Shown: piece after piece, positions 24,599-37,866 of the stretch
Position numbering within the stretch: the stretch's first letter is position 1
Layout: the number at the start of each line of letters is the position of its first letter
From: Acanthaster planci
Taxonomy: Eukaryota
Length of the DNA stretch: 64,000 bases
Direction: 5' to 3'
Assembly: GCF_001949145.1 (NCBI RefSeq)
Contig: NW_019091362.1
Span: 999,838 to 1,063,837, forward strand
Notes under the pieces: model-generated
Database searches by the model: none
Told to the model about the DNA's origin: nothing
What the model saw: the letters and a program-made list of their open reading frames with translations, nothing else
Translations under genes and position numbers: made by a program

Positions 24599-25802
24599 TT
24601 TCAAGATTTATGCTGAACTGTGAAGAACTAGGAATTCTGTTGATGCTCAGGGGACTGACTTTGTCAGCAACGTTGGTAGTGCATTGTATTTTCCTTCAAG
24701 GTTACCTTGATGATGTGAATGACCTGCAGGGAAACCACATGCACACAGTTTTATCAAGATTTTTCTTCTACAAAAGTAACATGTACATTTAAACATACAA
24801 GTACATATAAACAAACTCTGGGCAAAGAATTCCTCATGCTGCTGTACAATTTCCCATCATGAGAAACCTCAGAGAAGGCCACTTACTAGAAAATATATAC
24901 ATGTACGCTGGAGGGGAAAAGGACTCGTCTCTGGATTAAAATTGGTTTAAGGAAATGAGTCACTAAAGACTTTGAATTCCTTTAATTAAGAATATCATTT
25001 CAATTCTTTTTAATAACTTGAAACTGAACCTATCAGGTGGCATAGTTAAACAAAGCAATGGATATGCAATATAGATTATGCAACATGACAAATTTCACCA
25101 GAAGAAAGCATAAGGAAGCCCTCATTTTGCGAAAATATTGAGATGCATGGGTAAACAGACCTGCATACTGAGTATGAGTCCGAATGAAATTGAAATTTGA
25201 GTCCATTACATGTTTGTTCCCAATCACTAACTTTTTGAGCACACGTGCTCATGATAGCCCAAAGCATGGAGTCTACTCAAATAAAGGGCCACAGACAGGG
25301 CTGGGATTATAACTTTAAATTAGCCTATTAGGATCGCAAACATTTGGAACCCAGAGCAAAATTTGCACAAGTCTAAAAGATTATCAATTTCGGATTGTAT
25401 GCTTTTGCGCAAACTGCAACTAGTGCACGTAAACATATACTGGCTAACACAATTTTGTGCACTCTGAGAATTGTTGGGCAAATTTAAACTTGTCCGTTTG
25501 TGTTGGGAATTTGCGCTAAACTAGTTATTGTTGATGTACCTCAATGTGGTATTTGAATGGGAGGAGGCGTCGAAAAGTTTGTCTTGCATGTGTCGAGCGA
25601 AAACAGCCGGATTTTGAAAGATTTTGAAATCAGAAATACCACTAATGCCCCAAAACTTTTCTTTTGTCATTTAAGAAAGCCAGTATGCAGTGAAAAGGGT
25701 ATTTTTGGTGAGTCTTTGGAATTTTTGAGAACCGTTTTCACTTTACTGTGTGTGGAGCGTTAGTACGTACAACCACTCCAAAATTACACTCCATCCATCA
25801 AT

Positions 25803-25980
25803 TGATTCAAGATTTCAAGATTTATTTCATTTTCTACAGCATAATAATCACACACGATAATAAAACTTTTAATAAATATTTACAGGTAAATATGATAGAA
25901 TGATACTTCAATAGTCACTTTAGAAAGGATGCTGTAGAGGGGTACCCAATGAAAGCAATGCTTGTAGATTTGGGCCCTGT
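25803..25980 (-). mobile_element. Probable 3' end fragment of a non-LTR retrotransposon
   Basis: The - strand ends in AATAAA followed by a (TCTTGAA)n-type short-repeat tail, preceded by CTACAAGCATTGCTTT, an arrangement like CR1/L2 3' UTRs; no RT ORF seen. Confidence 0.4.
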
Positions 25981-26305
25981 TTGTAACATTCCTTATTAAA
26001 TTACAAACACACCCACACAAAAAACACACAAAGACAGACAAAACAAGTAAACATGTAGTTGCAAGTTTGTGTAGCCTGAAACCAGCATGGTATGTTAAAT
26101 TAAGATATAAGTGTTAATTGCCAAAAACACAGAAATACGTGTACGTACGAATTACGAATATGTATTTAACAAGTTGGAAAATCAAAGACTTTTCTGAGGG
26201 AGACATCCAGAATAAATTAAATTAAACACAATGCAACAGACTTCTCAACAATCCAAGAGGCATATATGTAGAGTGTTAATTATACTTGATAAAAATAATA
26301 CTTAC

Positions 26306-26420
26306 GGTTAAATTTCAGTTATGAAACTTTCACTCCGATCCGCCGGCACGTCGTACACCTGATCGATCCACATGCCCACTTGCTATCTTCGCTGATCACG
26401 GATGGGTTACCATTCGAAAA
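26306..26420 (-). other. Candidate non-coding first exon of DNAJC10 (5' boundary approximate)
   Basis: CpG-rich patch ending in a |gtaagt donor (26305-26300). It could splice to the ccctgcag| acceptor before 24723, upstream of the start codon. No transcript evidence. Confidence 0.5.
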
Positions 26421-29100
26421 CGCGCTATACAGCTGGATACCAGCGACTTCAAAGCTTTAAACATGACGTGTCCCGATTGTATTAATGTACAATCCATGAT
26501 GATGTAGTGTGTGCGTTATCGGAGTGCCTTTTGACAAGAGAGGGCAGCCTTGTTTGTACCATTCCGCTCCATCCACCCCTAGCTCTGCAGGCCCGCAAAA
26601 CATAAGGCCATGTCCAAATTACTTGGCTGCGGCTTGAAATTATAAACAAAATCTAAGGGAAGTGGCAGTCACAATCACAGGCTCGTACGCGACAATTTTT
26701 TTTGAAAATGTACAATGGATTTCTGCTGATGAGTCATGTGTTCTTGGAAAAATGTCTTCACTCGTTCGTGCCAAGGGCACTTGGGCATTCTTGTTTGTTC
26801 AGGGAATGGATCCGCTCTTTCAAGTCTTTGTCACTAAGATACTCCCCTAAAAGACGCTTAATGGTGCCCAATCTCGACCATGACTTTAAAATAGGTCAAA
26901 TTTAGTGAAAAAGCTCAGGGAATACATTTGTTACATTATATTATGACTACACGGTGCACATAAATTGCCGCTCGGGGATACCTAAAACCCTCTTAAATTA
27001 ATAAAAGCTCATTTTACACATCTTTTCCAGGATTTATTTTGTGAAGAGGTCCTATCAAGTGCGCATTCAGTTCTTATAGGAAGGAAACGTCATATTTTAT
27101 TAAGTTCGGTATTCTGTTTCATTTCTAAATTGAAAGTTAAAAATCTTTCTGAAGTAGGACTAAATGGACATTCAAAGTCATGTCGGCCTATTATTTGTGA
27201 AAAAGACTAAAGTTAATGCAGATAGTCTGAGCATCATCCAGTCGGGGAAGCCGCGCAGCTAGCTAGCCCCATAAACGTCTGTACATCTCTCTAGAATTTA
27301 AATAGAGGCGGGTGTCGGCCCAAAAAAATTAAATACAAAATCCCCATTTCAAAAGTGGTAAAGTACGTTGACATAAAAAAGCATGTTTAGAATTTCAAGA
27401 ACTTTGAACAAACAATCACATTGATCGGGCTGTCATGAAAATTCTATTTTTAAAACAACCGTGCAAAAAAGTTCGGATAACGGTTACCCCAATTCACCGA
27501 TAAAAGAAAAAATTGAATCTTACACCGTTAAAATCAGATATTTAGTATGATGTTTGCTGATCATTAGATTTGCTCTGATATAGTTATTAGTCAAACATGC
27601 TGGCATAACAAAATTTCAAACAACCTTTTTAATTAAAGAGCATCATCGAGCGCTGTGTACGGTCTGGGCAACCTGTCATGTATGATTACATAAGCCACAT
27701 TTTTTGCGGGGAACCGAAGTCCGGGCCGGCCCTTTGACACGCCAACTAACTGTGTGGTCTGAGCTGTCAGGAAAAAATGACTGAATTGTACGAGAAACTC
27801 TCGTTTTGTACGGACTTAAATAGGTTAATATCGAAACTTGTCCTCTTAATGAACCTTACACGTATGGTTCGTTGGCCTCTGTTTCACCATGGTTTCACCC
27901 CGTCAAAAGTACTCGTCGCACACTCAGCCTTGGCCGGCACATGAACAGCATGACGTCACCATAGGGGGCAATTCGCCGCTGGTAACCCATCTTAATCTTC
28001 CGTGCATCGAAACTTGAAGGTGAACCTGGTAACCATTCGAAATATTGGCACCACGCGCTGTCAAGCGCTCATTTGGCAAATTCTCAGAAACAGGATCTTT
28101 GCGGTTTCTGTGATGTTGAATTATAAACGCACGGCAAGTGCGCATAACATTGTGCAAATTCTAGTTTTGTTTACTATCGATTGTTGGGTAATTTTCTTGG
28201 TATTCTAATGAAATCATAACCTGCAAAACAATGATAGTTGATGATGTGAATTCGGTCGATGATGTTAATTGTAAACTTGACTCAAAATCAACATATTCTG
28301 GTTTTAGATATCTTTAAATAAGTATCATTTTCGCAAATGCCACAGAATTAAAAAAGAAATTAATTCAGAAAGAAAGGTTCACGTGAACTGCGGTCTGTAG
28401 TAGTAATAAGGTTTGCAAGGATTATTGTCCCGACTGCCAGTGACCACTGAGGTCACAGGCCTGCAAAATTTGATAGAATACGCAATGAGAAAAATTCTAA
28501 ATCTGACAACGAGTTTTGTGTGTAGAAGGCTGCTTTGTTGCACAACTTAACGTATGATAAGGTTTGTTTCCTGGCTCTATGATTCAACCGAAGTGGACAT
28601 AGTATAAAACAATTGCACAGCAAAAATGACCATCCGTTAAATTTACAGTGAGATATGCAAATACACGAGGTCAGACTCTTACAAGATTACTCCGCTACCA
28701 ACTAGTAATATCTCCAATCGCCAAAAAATTCTCAAAATTACAACTAATGTAGATATTATGAAAATTCAAATAAGAATTCAACATAAAAAACATTAAATTT
28801 TCGTTGTTTTGTCAAGATACTCAGTTTCTTTTGGGAACTACTTCGTTCAGGTGGATGTGGTGGCTGCACTGGTTTATAGATTGTACAGCAATGAATGGAG
28901 GATGTAGCGGTAAATCGTTTGCTCCATGCCAAAGCGTGTGCGTTGTGTGTATGCACCGTAGGCCAGACCGACCCATACCATTTGCAGGTAGTGCATGCAC
29001 ACTTAGGCGTTACATGTACGTGAACAGGAGGCCAGCAACTAGACAACCGCTGCACATTGCATGTACGACTTACAAGTGCTTCTGCCCTCAAATTGACCTC
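26420..29100. promoter_or_regulatory. CpG-enriched putative divergent promoter region
   Basis: Visibly more CpG than the neighbouring introns; TGACGTGT at 26464-26471 and a palindromic CRE TGACGTCA at 27951-27958; outward-facing splice donors at 26305 (-) and 29273 (+). Confidence 0.4.
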
Positions 29101-29272
29101 GTGTGTTTTCGTATCGATTTTCGTCGTTTATTTACGTCGTTTCAAGCGCAAGTTGATCACGCATTGTCACACTTTCTGGTGACTCTGAGATCAAGAGAAG
29201 ACATTTCAGCCCCACCTGGACAAGACTATTGTCATTCACGCGGGTTTCCTTTCCATTGAATCAGGCAAAAAG
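29070..29272 (+). other. Candidate non-coding first exon of an unidentified + strand gene (5' boundary approximate)
   Basis: CpG-rich segment ending in a strong AAG|GTAAGA donor at 29273; no recognisable coding content. Confidence 0.35.
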
Positions 29273-32200
29273 GTAAGATTCCCAACCCGTCGAATTTGGC
29301 GACATTCAGGACCATCGCAATGCAATTTTGCGTGAAGCATGCATGTCCAAAGCTTGTTCTGAACAGCTGACACCGTAAGCAGTCACTATTTAGTGAGCAT
29401 GGTGAGGCCGGGAGCATTCCATGTACTTGTTGGGAAAAAAGTAGTAGCCTTGGCCTACCTACAATTGTGTTCCGCACTGCCAATGCGACTGTTTACAGTG
29501 GTTTGAAGTTTTAGAGTGCGAGTTTCTACAAGCCACTACAGCTACAGTAGGCGCTTGGCCTACTTGTCCCTGCTTCAGTTTTTGTGTCTTGAAAAGTTTC
29601 TGCCATGTCTGCTGACAGTGCTGTCTAATGTTAAACCCTTTAACTTGAAATTAGGTCTCTTCTTTCACGTCTTTCGGACAGAGAAAGGTTCAAAGCTTGG
29701 AAAGGATGCTCGTAAGATAAATTCCTCAATTCATATGTACCAGCTGGGTTGCTCTGCTTTGATGTGAAGTTGGCCTTCTCCAGCAAGGGATTCTATTCTT
29801 GAATTGTGCATGGTCCTTACTAACCATGTTAGGCCAGCCATGGCTATTATTAAAGTAGGTCAGGGACCAAACCACAATCTAGCGACGTCGCTAGTTTCTG
29901 CTAATGTCGCTTGTTCAAGCAGCGATGATGGCATTTTTATCAGGTCACATGATAATAATAAGGTTTTGGGAACATAACGAGACAACCATGATGGCAGCCA
30001 GGGTCCCCTGATAACGACTTTATACATTTTTGGAGAGCTTGACATTCAATATGGTGTGTACTGAGAAGTTTAATATCCCCCCAAAATGAATTTTGGTACC
30101 TTTTGCCGTTTCCTTGTCCTTAAATTTCAAGACAAATTTGGGAGAGATGTTGCTTAAATTCTGCCACACTTCCACTGTATGTCACTAAAGATCATGGGTT
30201 ATGTGCCACTGAGCAGGCGTCAACTTTCCTGAAGTATGTCGACAGCTGTTACAAATTGAAGTGGTCGTGATCATTGTAGTTTTATTTGGATATTGATATT
30301 ACATGTAATTTGTAAACTGTGCAGTGCACTCGCTGAATGTAAAAGTGTCATTTTGTCATACAGCAAAAACTCTGAAGGCGTCCAAACACTATTAAAATCC
30401 TAGCCCACTAGGGCCTTTTTACTACGGCACATCCTCAATCCTCCAATTGCCCAACTTCAAAACTGCATTCATTCTCAATATTCCAAATTCTCAATTTTTT
30501 TGGCTTATGCGCAAAACGAAAGGTACCTTAATTCTAACCTTCCCCAACCACACAGAATTAAACAGTAAAGTGTTTAATTCGGTGGGGATAGGTCTGGTAG
30601 GCCCATAACAGCTGGCTTTTGCATTGGGTTTGGCATACCTCAGAAAACACAGTCCAACAGCCTCTGTGCACAAAGTCCCATAGAGGGATCCCAATACAAC
30701 GCTTTTAGTGTCGATCTGCGCACTTCCGACTCTCCACACATAAGCGTATGGTGTCGTGTGGCTCACTATACGAAGGTAGTCCAGTATATGAGCCACATTA
30801 TGGGGCTACCCACTGATACAAATGAAACACCACCAGTGCAAGATTCTACGCTTGGGTGGTTCCACCGTTTATGGAACCGGTTCCTGTTCCGCACAAATGC
30901 CCGGGTCTGACTCATACATGTACCCGGTTCCGGGTAATTCAAAGAAAAACGTATCAAAGATAAGGTCCAAGGTTTTTCTATGTCTGCCATTATTGTGTCC
31001 TTGTAAAATCATTGAATTTGCGAAGTTGGCAATAAAATGTATTGTCTGTGTCTATTTGCATGAGCTTCTTGAAACTTATCTGACTCAAGGAGGAATAAGA
31101 GCTCATGTCGGACTTTAGGAGTTAAAATTTGTGCCGGCTCTCGGTCATCGGACATGACCTGCTGAGGCAGAGCCGTGAAGAACACCGTATACCTGTGCAG
31201 TACATGTACTGTACTCGTACGTAATGTACGTTGTACATGTACACCGTACACCCACGTGTATCATGTACATGTACATATCGATAGTGCCATTATGCAGCCA
31301 GCGCAGCCACGTAGCCCGGCCCATCGACCACCAATACAAAGCTTGTGGCTTGCCACTCTAGACTTGCCTTGACACGTTATATCTCTTCATATTTCGCTGT
31401 GGTCCAGATCCGCATGCCGCAGCTCCATGTAGAGCTGCAAATCCCCAATCGGAGCATCGTTTTCCTTCTACAAGTAAGAGACTTGTAATAAAGTCTGCGG
31501 CCCACAAGCTGTGTGCGTATTTACCGCTGTTCGATTTCACCAAATAAACACACCCCCACCCTCCATATAAGGCAAGCCAATGAAGCAGTGAATCCCCGGA
31601 TGGAGTTCATGTGGTATCGTCATTGGCTGATTATTTTAGTCCTCTTGATTGACGCGGCACACCTTGTTTACAACTATCCATGTTGGGGCCACCAAAAATA
31701 ACAAGCTCAAGGCGGTGGGATCGGGGGGCTGCCGATCGGCACTTACTTGACAAGGCAATTATGTTTTACGAAAAACTTAGGGGATTCTATTCAACACAAA
31801 AACACAAAACACAGTTCTCTTTTTTTCACCAGTGAAAACATACTGGTAATTTGAAGCCTCGTACAAGTAGTTCTTCGCTTCGTTACTCGGTATATACAAG
31901 CCATGATACAAGTTAAGCTGAATAAGAAAAAACAACCGTCAGACATTCAGGCACACGCAATTATTAACCATGCATGCATTTAAAATCAGAAGTACACTGT
32001 ACATACAGATCCCTCACTCACGGCATGCATGTCTATGATGTCTAACAGATCAACCATGTGTAATGTCTGAAACAGGAGAAAATCAAACGCACCCGTACCG
32101 GTATGTCTTTTGGGATTTTTTGGTAAAAGCATACACATCAAGCAAACTAAACTGAGCTTGGGGTGTAACCAGGCATAAGACAAGACTTGGTTTCCTCGCT

Positions 32201-34911
32201 TAAATTCGGTACTGGAACTGAGCCTTTAGCGAGGCTTCGGTTTCAGCACCCTACTGCAGGTACCCGGTAGGAATCAGTAACCACTCGGAACCGACTCCTC
32301 TATGGGTGCCTGGCTCTGAAAAATATTGATACCCGGTGCCAGTTCCCGATGTTGGGACCGGGTAGAATCGGGTACCCGTCGGAACTGCCCAAGCTTGCAA
32401 GATTTGACCGAAAATTCTCCTCAATCCAGTTCTAGAAATTCCAAATAAAAAGGAAAAGTTTCTTTTATATACCCTGGGTACCGGTAACATGTTTCCTGTA
32501 AATTTGAGCAATCATACTACCGGTACAGTACATGTAGCTATTTGTATTGAAGTTTTTAGCTGATAATGAGATCGATGTCTGATCGATGCTAGATTGTGGT
32601 TTGATCCCTGACCTGTTAACATGTTTAAACTCTGTGTAGCTAGCAAATTGTCATGTATAAGTCATGGCCATTGTAAATTGTCACTGCTGCCATGTGTCAC
32701 TTAATACTAGATAGTCACTATTACACGATAGCAAAAAGTGGTTTGCTTGTACACATGTACATGTTCTAGGGCTTACAGCATTCAATGATTCTTCATCAGT
32801 GAGTGCTCCAGCCTAAGTTTTGTCACTGCAAGGGTCTTACATCAGTCAATGCAGTGCTGATCCTTCCGACATGTCCAAAGTTGGGCAAAGAAATGTTGGT
32901 CATGTTTGGAGTGAACTTTATTTTCTTGTGCTAAAAGAAAGCCTAGTTACAAGGTCTGTCTTGAAGTAAACGTGACTGGCTAGTGGGCCTAGTGATAAAA
33001 AGTAACCTGTATACCTGTAGTAATGGTTTAAATGCCAGACAATGCCAGAAGGTTATTCCATTCTCAAACACTATTTATTATGTTGTGCATGTTCAACTCA
33101 AAAATATTAGATTTAATGTTTCTGGAAAGCTCCAGTGGTTTTAAAAATCATGTGTAATGGGAATTGTGTATTTAGGGACACCTCCTGATCGCCGTTTTGT
33201 TATCCTTGAAACAGGTTCCTCGGTTTAAGTGTTCAACCTCAGGCAATGTTCTTGTACCGTAATTATGGTGACAGGGTTTTTGTGTAAATTCATAACAGTA
33301 AATTTAGAAAAATGTGACTTTCTTTCTTACCTGTTTTTCTGGTAACCGGCCACATAAAACAACACCCATGCTGTATACCTACACATCCCAATTCCAGAGT
33401 ATGCCCCTTAACCCAATGGTTATTTCATTTCCAGCTCTACTTAAGCTTCCAAAGAAGCAGGTAGCCATTGGGGCACACTGCCTGACACCACAGGGACTGC
33501 AATTACACAATCACCCATGTGATCAACATGTCTTTCATTTTACTGTAGTAGTTCCTATTGCTATACCAAAGTACTGTTCCACCAGATTCTTGGGTCTTGG
33601 GCCTTTCAGCGTGTAGAGGTAAAAGGTTCGTAGAAAATCACTCATGTGCCCTTTTTTGCTTGGACGTGTGAGCAGAATCAACTTTTTTCTCACATCTGCA
33701 AGTACAAGTAGTGTAAGTTGCTTCCAATGTTTATCAACACGAATTTTACCTATGGTTTAATATTTTGCATTATTGCAATTACAAGTTTGGGCACTATGGC
33801 ACAGTTTGAATGTAATGGCCAATATATTTGAGTGTAACGGGAGAAACCCAGTGTCATAGCACAGAGCACGAGTGTGACTGCCTGAGATGCTGAAATGCCC
33901 TGGTGAGAACACAGATTGGGATGTGATGACTGACGACTGGACAGTCAAGGATATTCATACATGTAGCTCTCTGTTCCCAGGCATCAGCAGCAGATAGCAG
34001 GATTACGGTACATCAGGTCCTGACTTCATGTAGGGGTTTGTTTCAGCACTGTATCATCACTGAGTCCAGAGATTAGATAGGGTAGTTGTGGGTACAACAG
34101 CAATTCCCTTTTTCTCAAGCCAACTGTCTTCACCCTAAAATAGTTACAAGAGTTTTTACCATTTTACAGCCATAAGAATTTGGCTCTCCAAATGTTGAGG
34201 GGGGAGGGATATTCTGTCCCCCCTCCCCATGCATAAAGAGGTACAGGGGTACATACATGTACATGTACAAATTATGCTCCAGAGGCAGTATTATAAGCTG
34301 TTATTTGTCGTCATTAAATTTCAAACAAAGGATTCTGTAGTTTATGAATGTTCAGTCTGGACTTTCTAGGTTAGTTTTGGCAACCAGAGACGCAAGTTTG
34401 TTTGTTTTTTTTTTCGTTTGGCTGCCAGTCGATCATTAAATGAAACTCTGCTAGGGCTGGGCTGAACACATCTTCATATCATCCCCACGAATTTGAGATC
34501 AAAGAACAACCAGCATGTCCTTGTCCATGTGACCCCCGTCATTAGAGTCAGCTTACATGTACATCTACTGGAGCAAGTTGGTAGTGCATTCTGACATGCG
34601 TGGGCGGGTTGCCTTCACCTATGTCAAGGGGAAGTGTTCTGATTTTTAGATATATTAGGACCGTGTTATGGGGTTTTTGGTTGTTAACACAACTTTTTTT
34701 GTCTCTTCAGCATTAGTGCAGTGAGAAGTATACCGAGAATGTCCCCAGAATTACTGAACAGATATCTGCATACTCGAGAAGTGAACCACATCAATACCAG
34801 TACCACTAATGTGCAGAGCGTGAAATTAGACAAAAAAAGTGCTCAGACAAAATGTTATAACACAATCAATTTTGATCTTCCATTACCAGCTTTTGATCTG
34901 CAATATTATAA

Positions 34912-35218
34912 CCCTAACAGTCCCAAATGCTACAAAGTACTACATGTAGTAGTAAATGTAGCACTCGGCCCTGTCGCTTGTAAGAGAACGTGACATTATT
35001 ATTCTCTGAAGCCATAAAATACAATAGAGAAGACAATGTAGCATACAGTGCTGTGGCACTATGAATGCATAGTTTCATTGTTCTCTGTACGAGTAACAAC
35101 GGAATAAACCTAGCCAGAAATAGTAATTTGTAGCGCAAGGTCCTTCAGGCTCAGAGTGTTACATAGTATTTTGTAGCACTGAGTATTCTAAGCCAAACAA
35201 CGCCCTGTACTGTCAGGG
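34912..35218. mobile_element. Degenerate piggyBac-like MITE
   Basis: ATAA|CCCTAACAGT...ACTGTCAGGG|TTAA, plus internal inverted match TGCTACAAAGTACTA/TAGTATTTTGTAGCA. Confidence 0.6.
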
Positions 35219-37735
35219 TTAAAAAGGTAGAGTTGTAACGTGCAGTGTAAAATTTGTGCACTCTGCACAGAATGCACTTTTAACACTCAACAACATTATG
35301 ATTATTCAAGAATACTTGCATACATGTAAGTTTATACTTTGGTAAATGTATCTAGGTCAAGCTACGTACACGTGTTTGGCAGGAGTAAGACCCGTTGGTA
35401 AACGAGGGTATACTCCCATCGCACAAACAGAAATATAATGCGCACGCACCACACTCAGGTTGACATGGTTAAACTGGAGGAACTGCGGGAACGCAGCCAA
35501 CCACTACTGGTCCATATTGCCTGGTACCCAGGTTATGTGTCATGCATGGGGTACCACGGAAAATTTAACATGGGTTGACAGCAAAACCTTGATTTTTTTT
35601 TTGTTTTTTGTTTTACGATGCGGATGCGCAAGAATTACGGGGTGATTTTTATGTTGACATATGTGTTCCTACACGCATGGCGCTGAGTGACACGGGCCGG
35701 TGATGAGCGATTAGCCCTGATGAATGCCTTGGGCGTTATTAACGTAATTCTAACACAAAACTAATAATATATCGGACGCCATAATGCCACATATTGTGTT
35801 GATATTTTAAGAGCTGTTATTGATACCGGTATGTTGGTTGGACAATTTGCGTGAGCATCTTTGATTCTGTTTGGACAAACACAATAAGTGCTTGGAAAAT
35901 GTCAAATGTCCAACTGTATTTTCATGCTCTGAGTGTGCCATGCATTTTGTTTACGATAAGTCTTGAAAAGCACATTTTATTTCAGTTAGCCTCATATTTA
36001 AATCATTTTGTTTGTGATGTATATTTAAAGTCGTTTTTAATACAAATACAATTTTGAGTAAGACTGTGGTGTCATTCTAGGGAGAAAACCTCAATATTTC
36101 TGCATTTGTGCCCAAATGTTGCTGGCAATTTTATATTTTGCTATTCTAAATTTCCTTTTCTTTTGTTACATATTATTACTGTATGTAAAAGTAAATGCAG
36201 TAAGCCAACAAGCAACCCCTTCTCCAAAATATTTCTCAATGAGCAAATTTCAGGTTTCTTATTTTGAACAAAAAACCTTATAAACTGAACAGTGTCTTCC
36301 CTGAATGACAGCACAGCAACAGCGCCCTCACTTGACCAGAAAGGTGTGGACAGAAGAACATGAAGAACATTTTTCAATACTGGTACATGTACAACGTTGC
36401 TCCCAAAGGCTGTCAAATACCGGTACATGAACTTTTCATACATATACACTGAGAAAGAGTATAAATTTGCACAAAAAAGTGCGTCTAAAAAAAAAAATCA
36501 CTGCATAGACCTTGCGCTAGAATTTCACTGCAGCCACCTCAGCCTTAGCAGTTGTGCCGAACAATTGGCCATGGTGCCCTGAAATTTCCACTTTGTCCGC
36601 AACTAAAGCTGGCCATGTGCCCCATTCTTCCTGGTAGTGGTGCCCTTAAAAAAATACCCTATATTTCCTGTAAGTTTCCTACTTCATATTCACATGAACG
36701 TACATGAATTTCATGTTGCAGTCTAACAGTACGCGATGTCTTAACGCCACATGGGTGCACGGCCAGGGCAGCCGAGCTGGCAGACCTGGCGCATCACAGT
36801 GCTGTATCGCGCAATGAGGCTTGCCTGCACTGCATTTGGTTTTGATTTACAATACCTAAATGTACATGTATTTTGTTCTGCAGTCCAACATTCAGCGGTC
36901 GATTATTCGCCTCAGGCACGTCCAGGTATGGTGTATGGCCAACCAGCCTAGCCTGGCATAATGTGCAGCTACCAGGCAGGTACATGTGTAAATGGGCATA
37001 GGCTATGTCCCAAACGGGCCCCCGCAGCTATGGCTACCAGTAGGTCTTTTGTCCCCCTACCGATAGTTTCGGATCACGTACATGTATGCACACACGCAGC
37101 AGTCTCAACTACACGTGTGTAACTGATTATTCTGTGACGTAATGGGTTTGGGTCAACTTTATGGTGCGGGGGAGGGATTGGTTGGTAAGCTCACGTTGTG
37201 CAGTCGAAGAAGATGTGTCAAAATCGAAACAAAACAAGTTCTTTTAATGAATTGATTTTCTCTAAATTATGAAATCCTTTGTCAGAAAATGTGCCAGTTC
37301 CTTCTTGTAATACGTTCTGTCATGGGCTGTAAAATTTTCAATGTGATAGCTCAAGCACAAAAAAACCCCACTATTTTTCATTTTTCCAGTTTCGTAACTC
37401 GTTTTGCAGACTATTTTACGCAATGGCCTCAGTGCCTTTCCATCGTAGACATTTTGGCCTTGTTGCCCCAGCTACATGGTGCCCCTATAACATGTCCCAT
37501 TTCTTGAGGCCAAGATGGTAGTGCCCCCAAAAGTCGAAATTGGAGCCCTGTTGACCCTTAGAAACTTAAAAGAAAGTGCTTGGTTTCACACTCATGTACA
37601 TGGGCCGACATGATTCATTATTCAGTCTGTCCAGGGACTCGGGGATTATCGGTATGTTTAGGCTCAACAATTCTCCCTAGTCAATCAGAATCAAGGTACA
37701 TGTACTTATCACTATTATTTACTTTACTTAAAGAT

Positions 37736-37866
37736 AATCTAAATCGATCACCACCACTATTTAAAAGTTATATAATGTTGGTGCAGAAAACAGCACATTC
37801 AATCTAAATCGATCACCACCCACTATTTAAAAGTTATATAATGTTGGGGCAGAAAACAGCACATTC
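37736..37866. repeat. Direct tandem duplication of a 65/66 bp unit
   Basis: 37736-37800 is repeated at 37801-37866 with one indel and one substitution. Confidence 0.92.

Noticed and set aside
27956..27972. CTCF-like site CACCATAGGGGGCA
   Set aside because: The spacing deviates from the core consensus; too weak without ChIP data.
28804..29259. 151-aa ORF on the + strand
   Set aside because: Non-ATG start, no recognisable homology, and it overlaps a putative promoter/5' UTR.
34711..34993. Possible coding exon after a strong acceptor (MSPELLNRYLH...)
   Set aside because: No recognisable protein, no convincing donor, and its 3' part runs into a piggyBac-like MITE.
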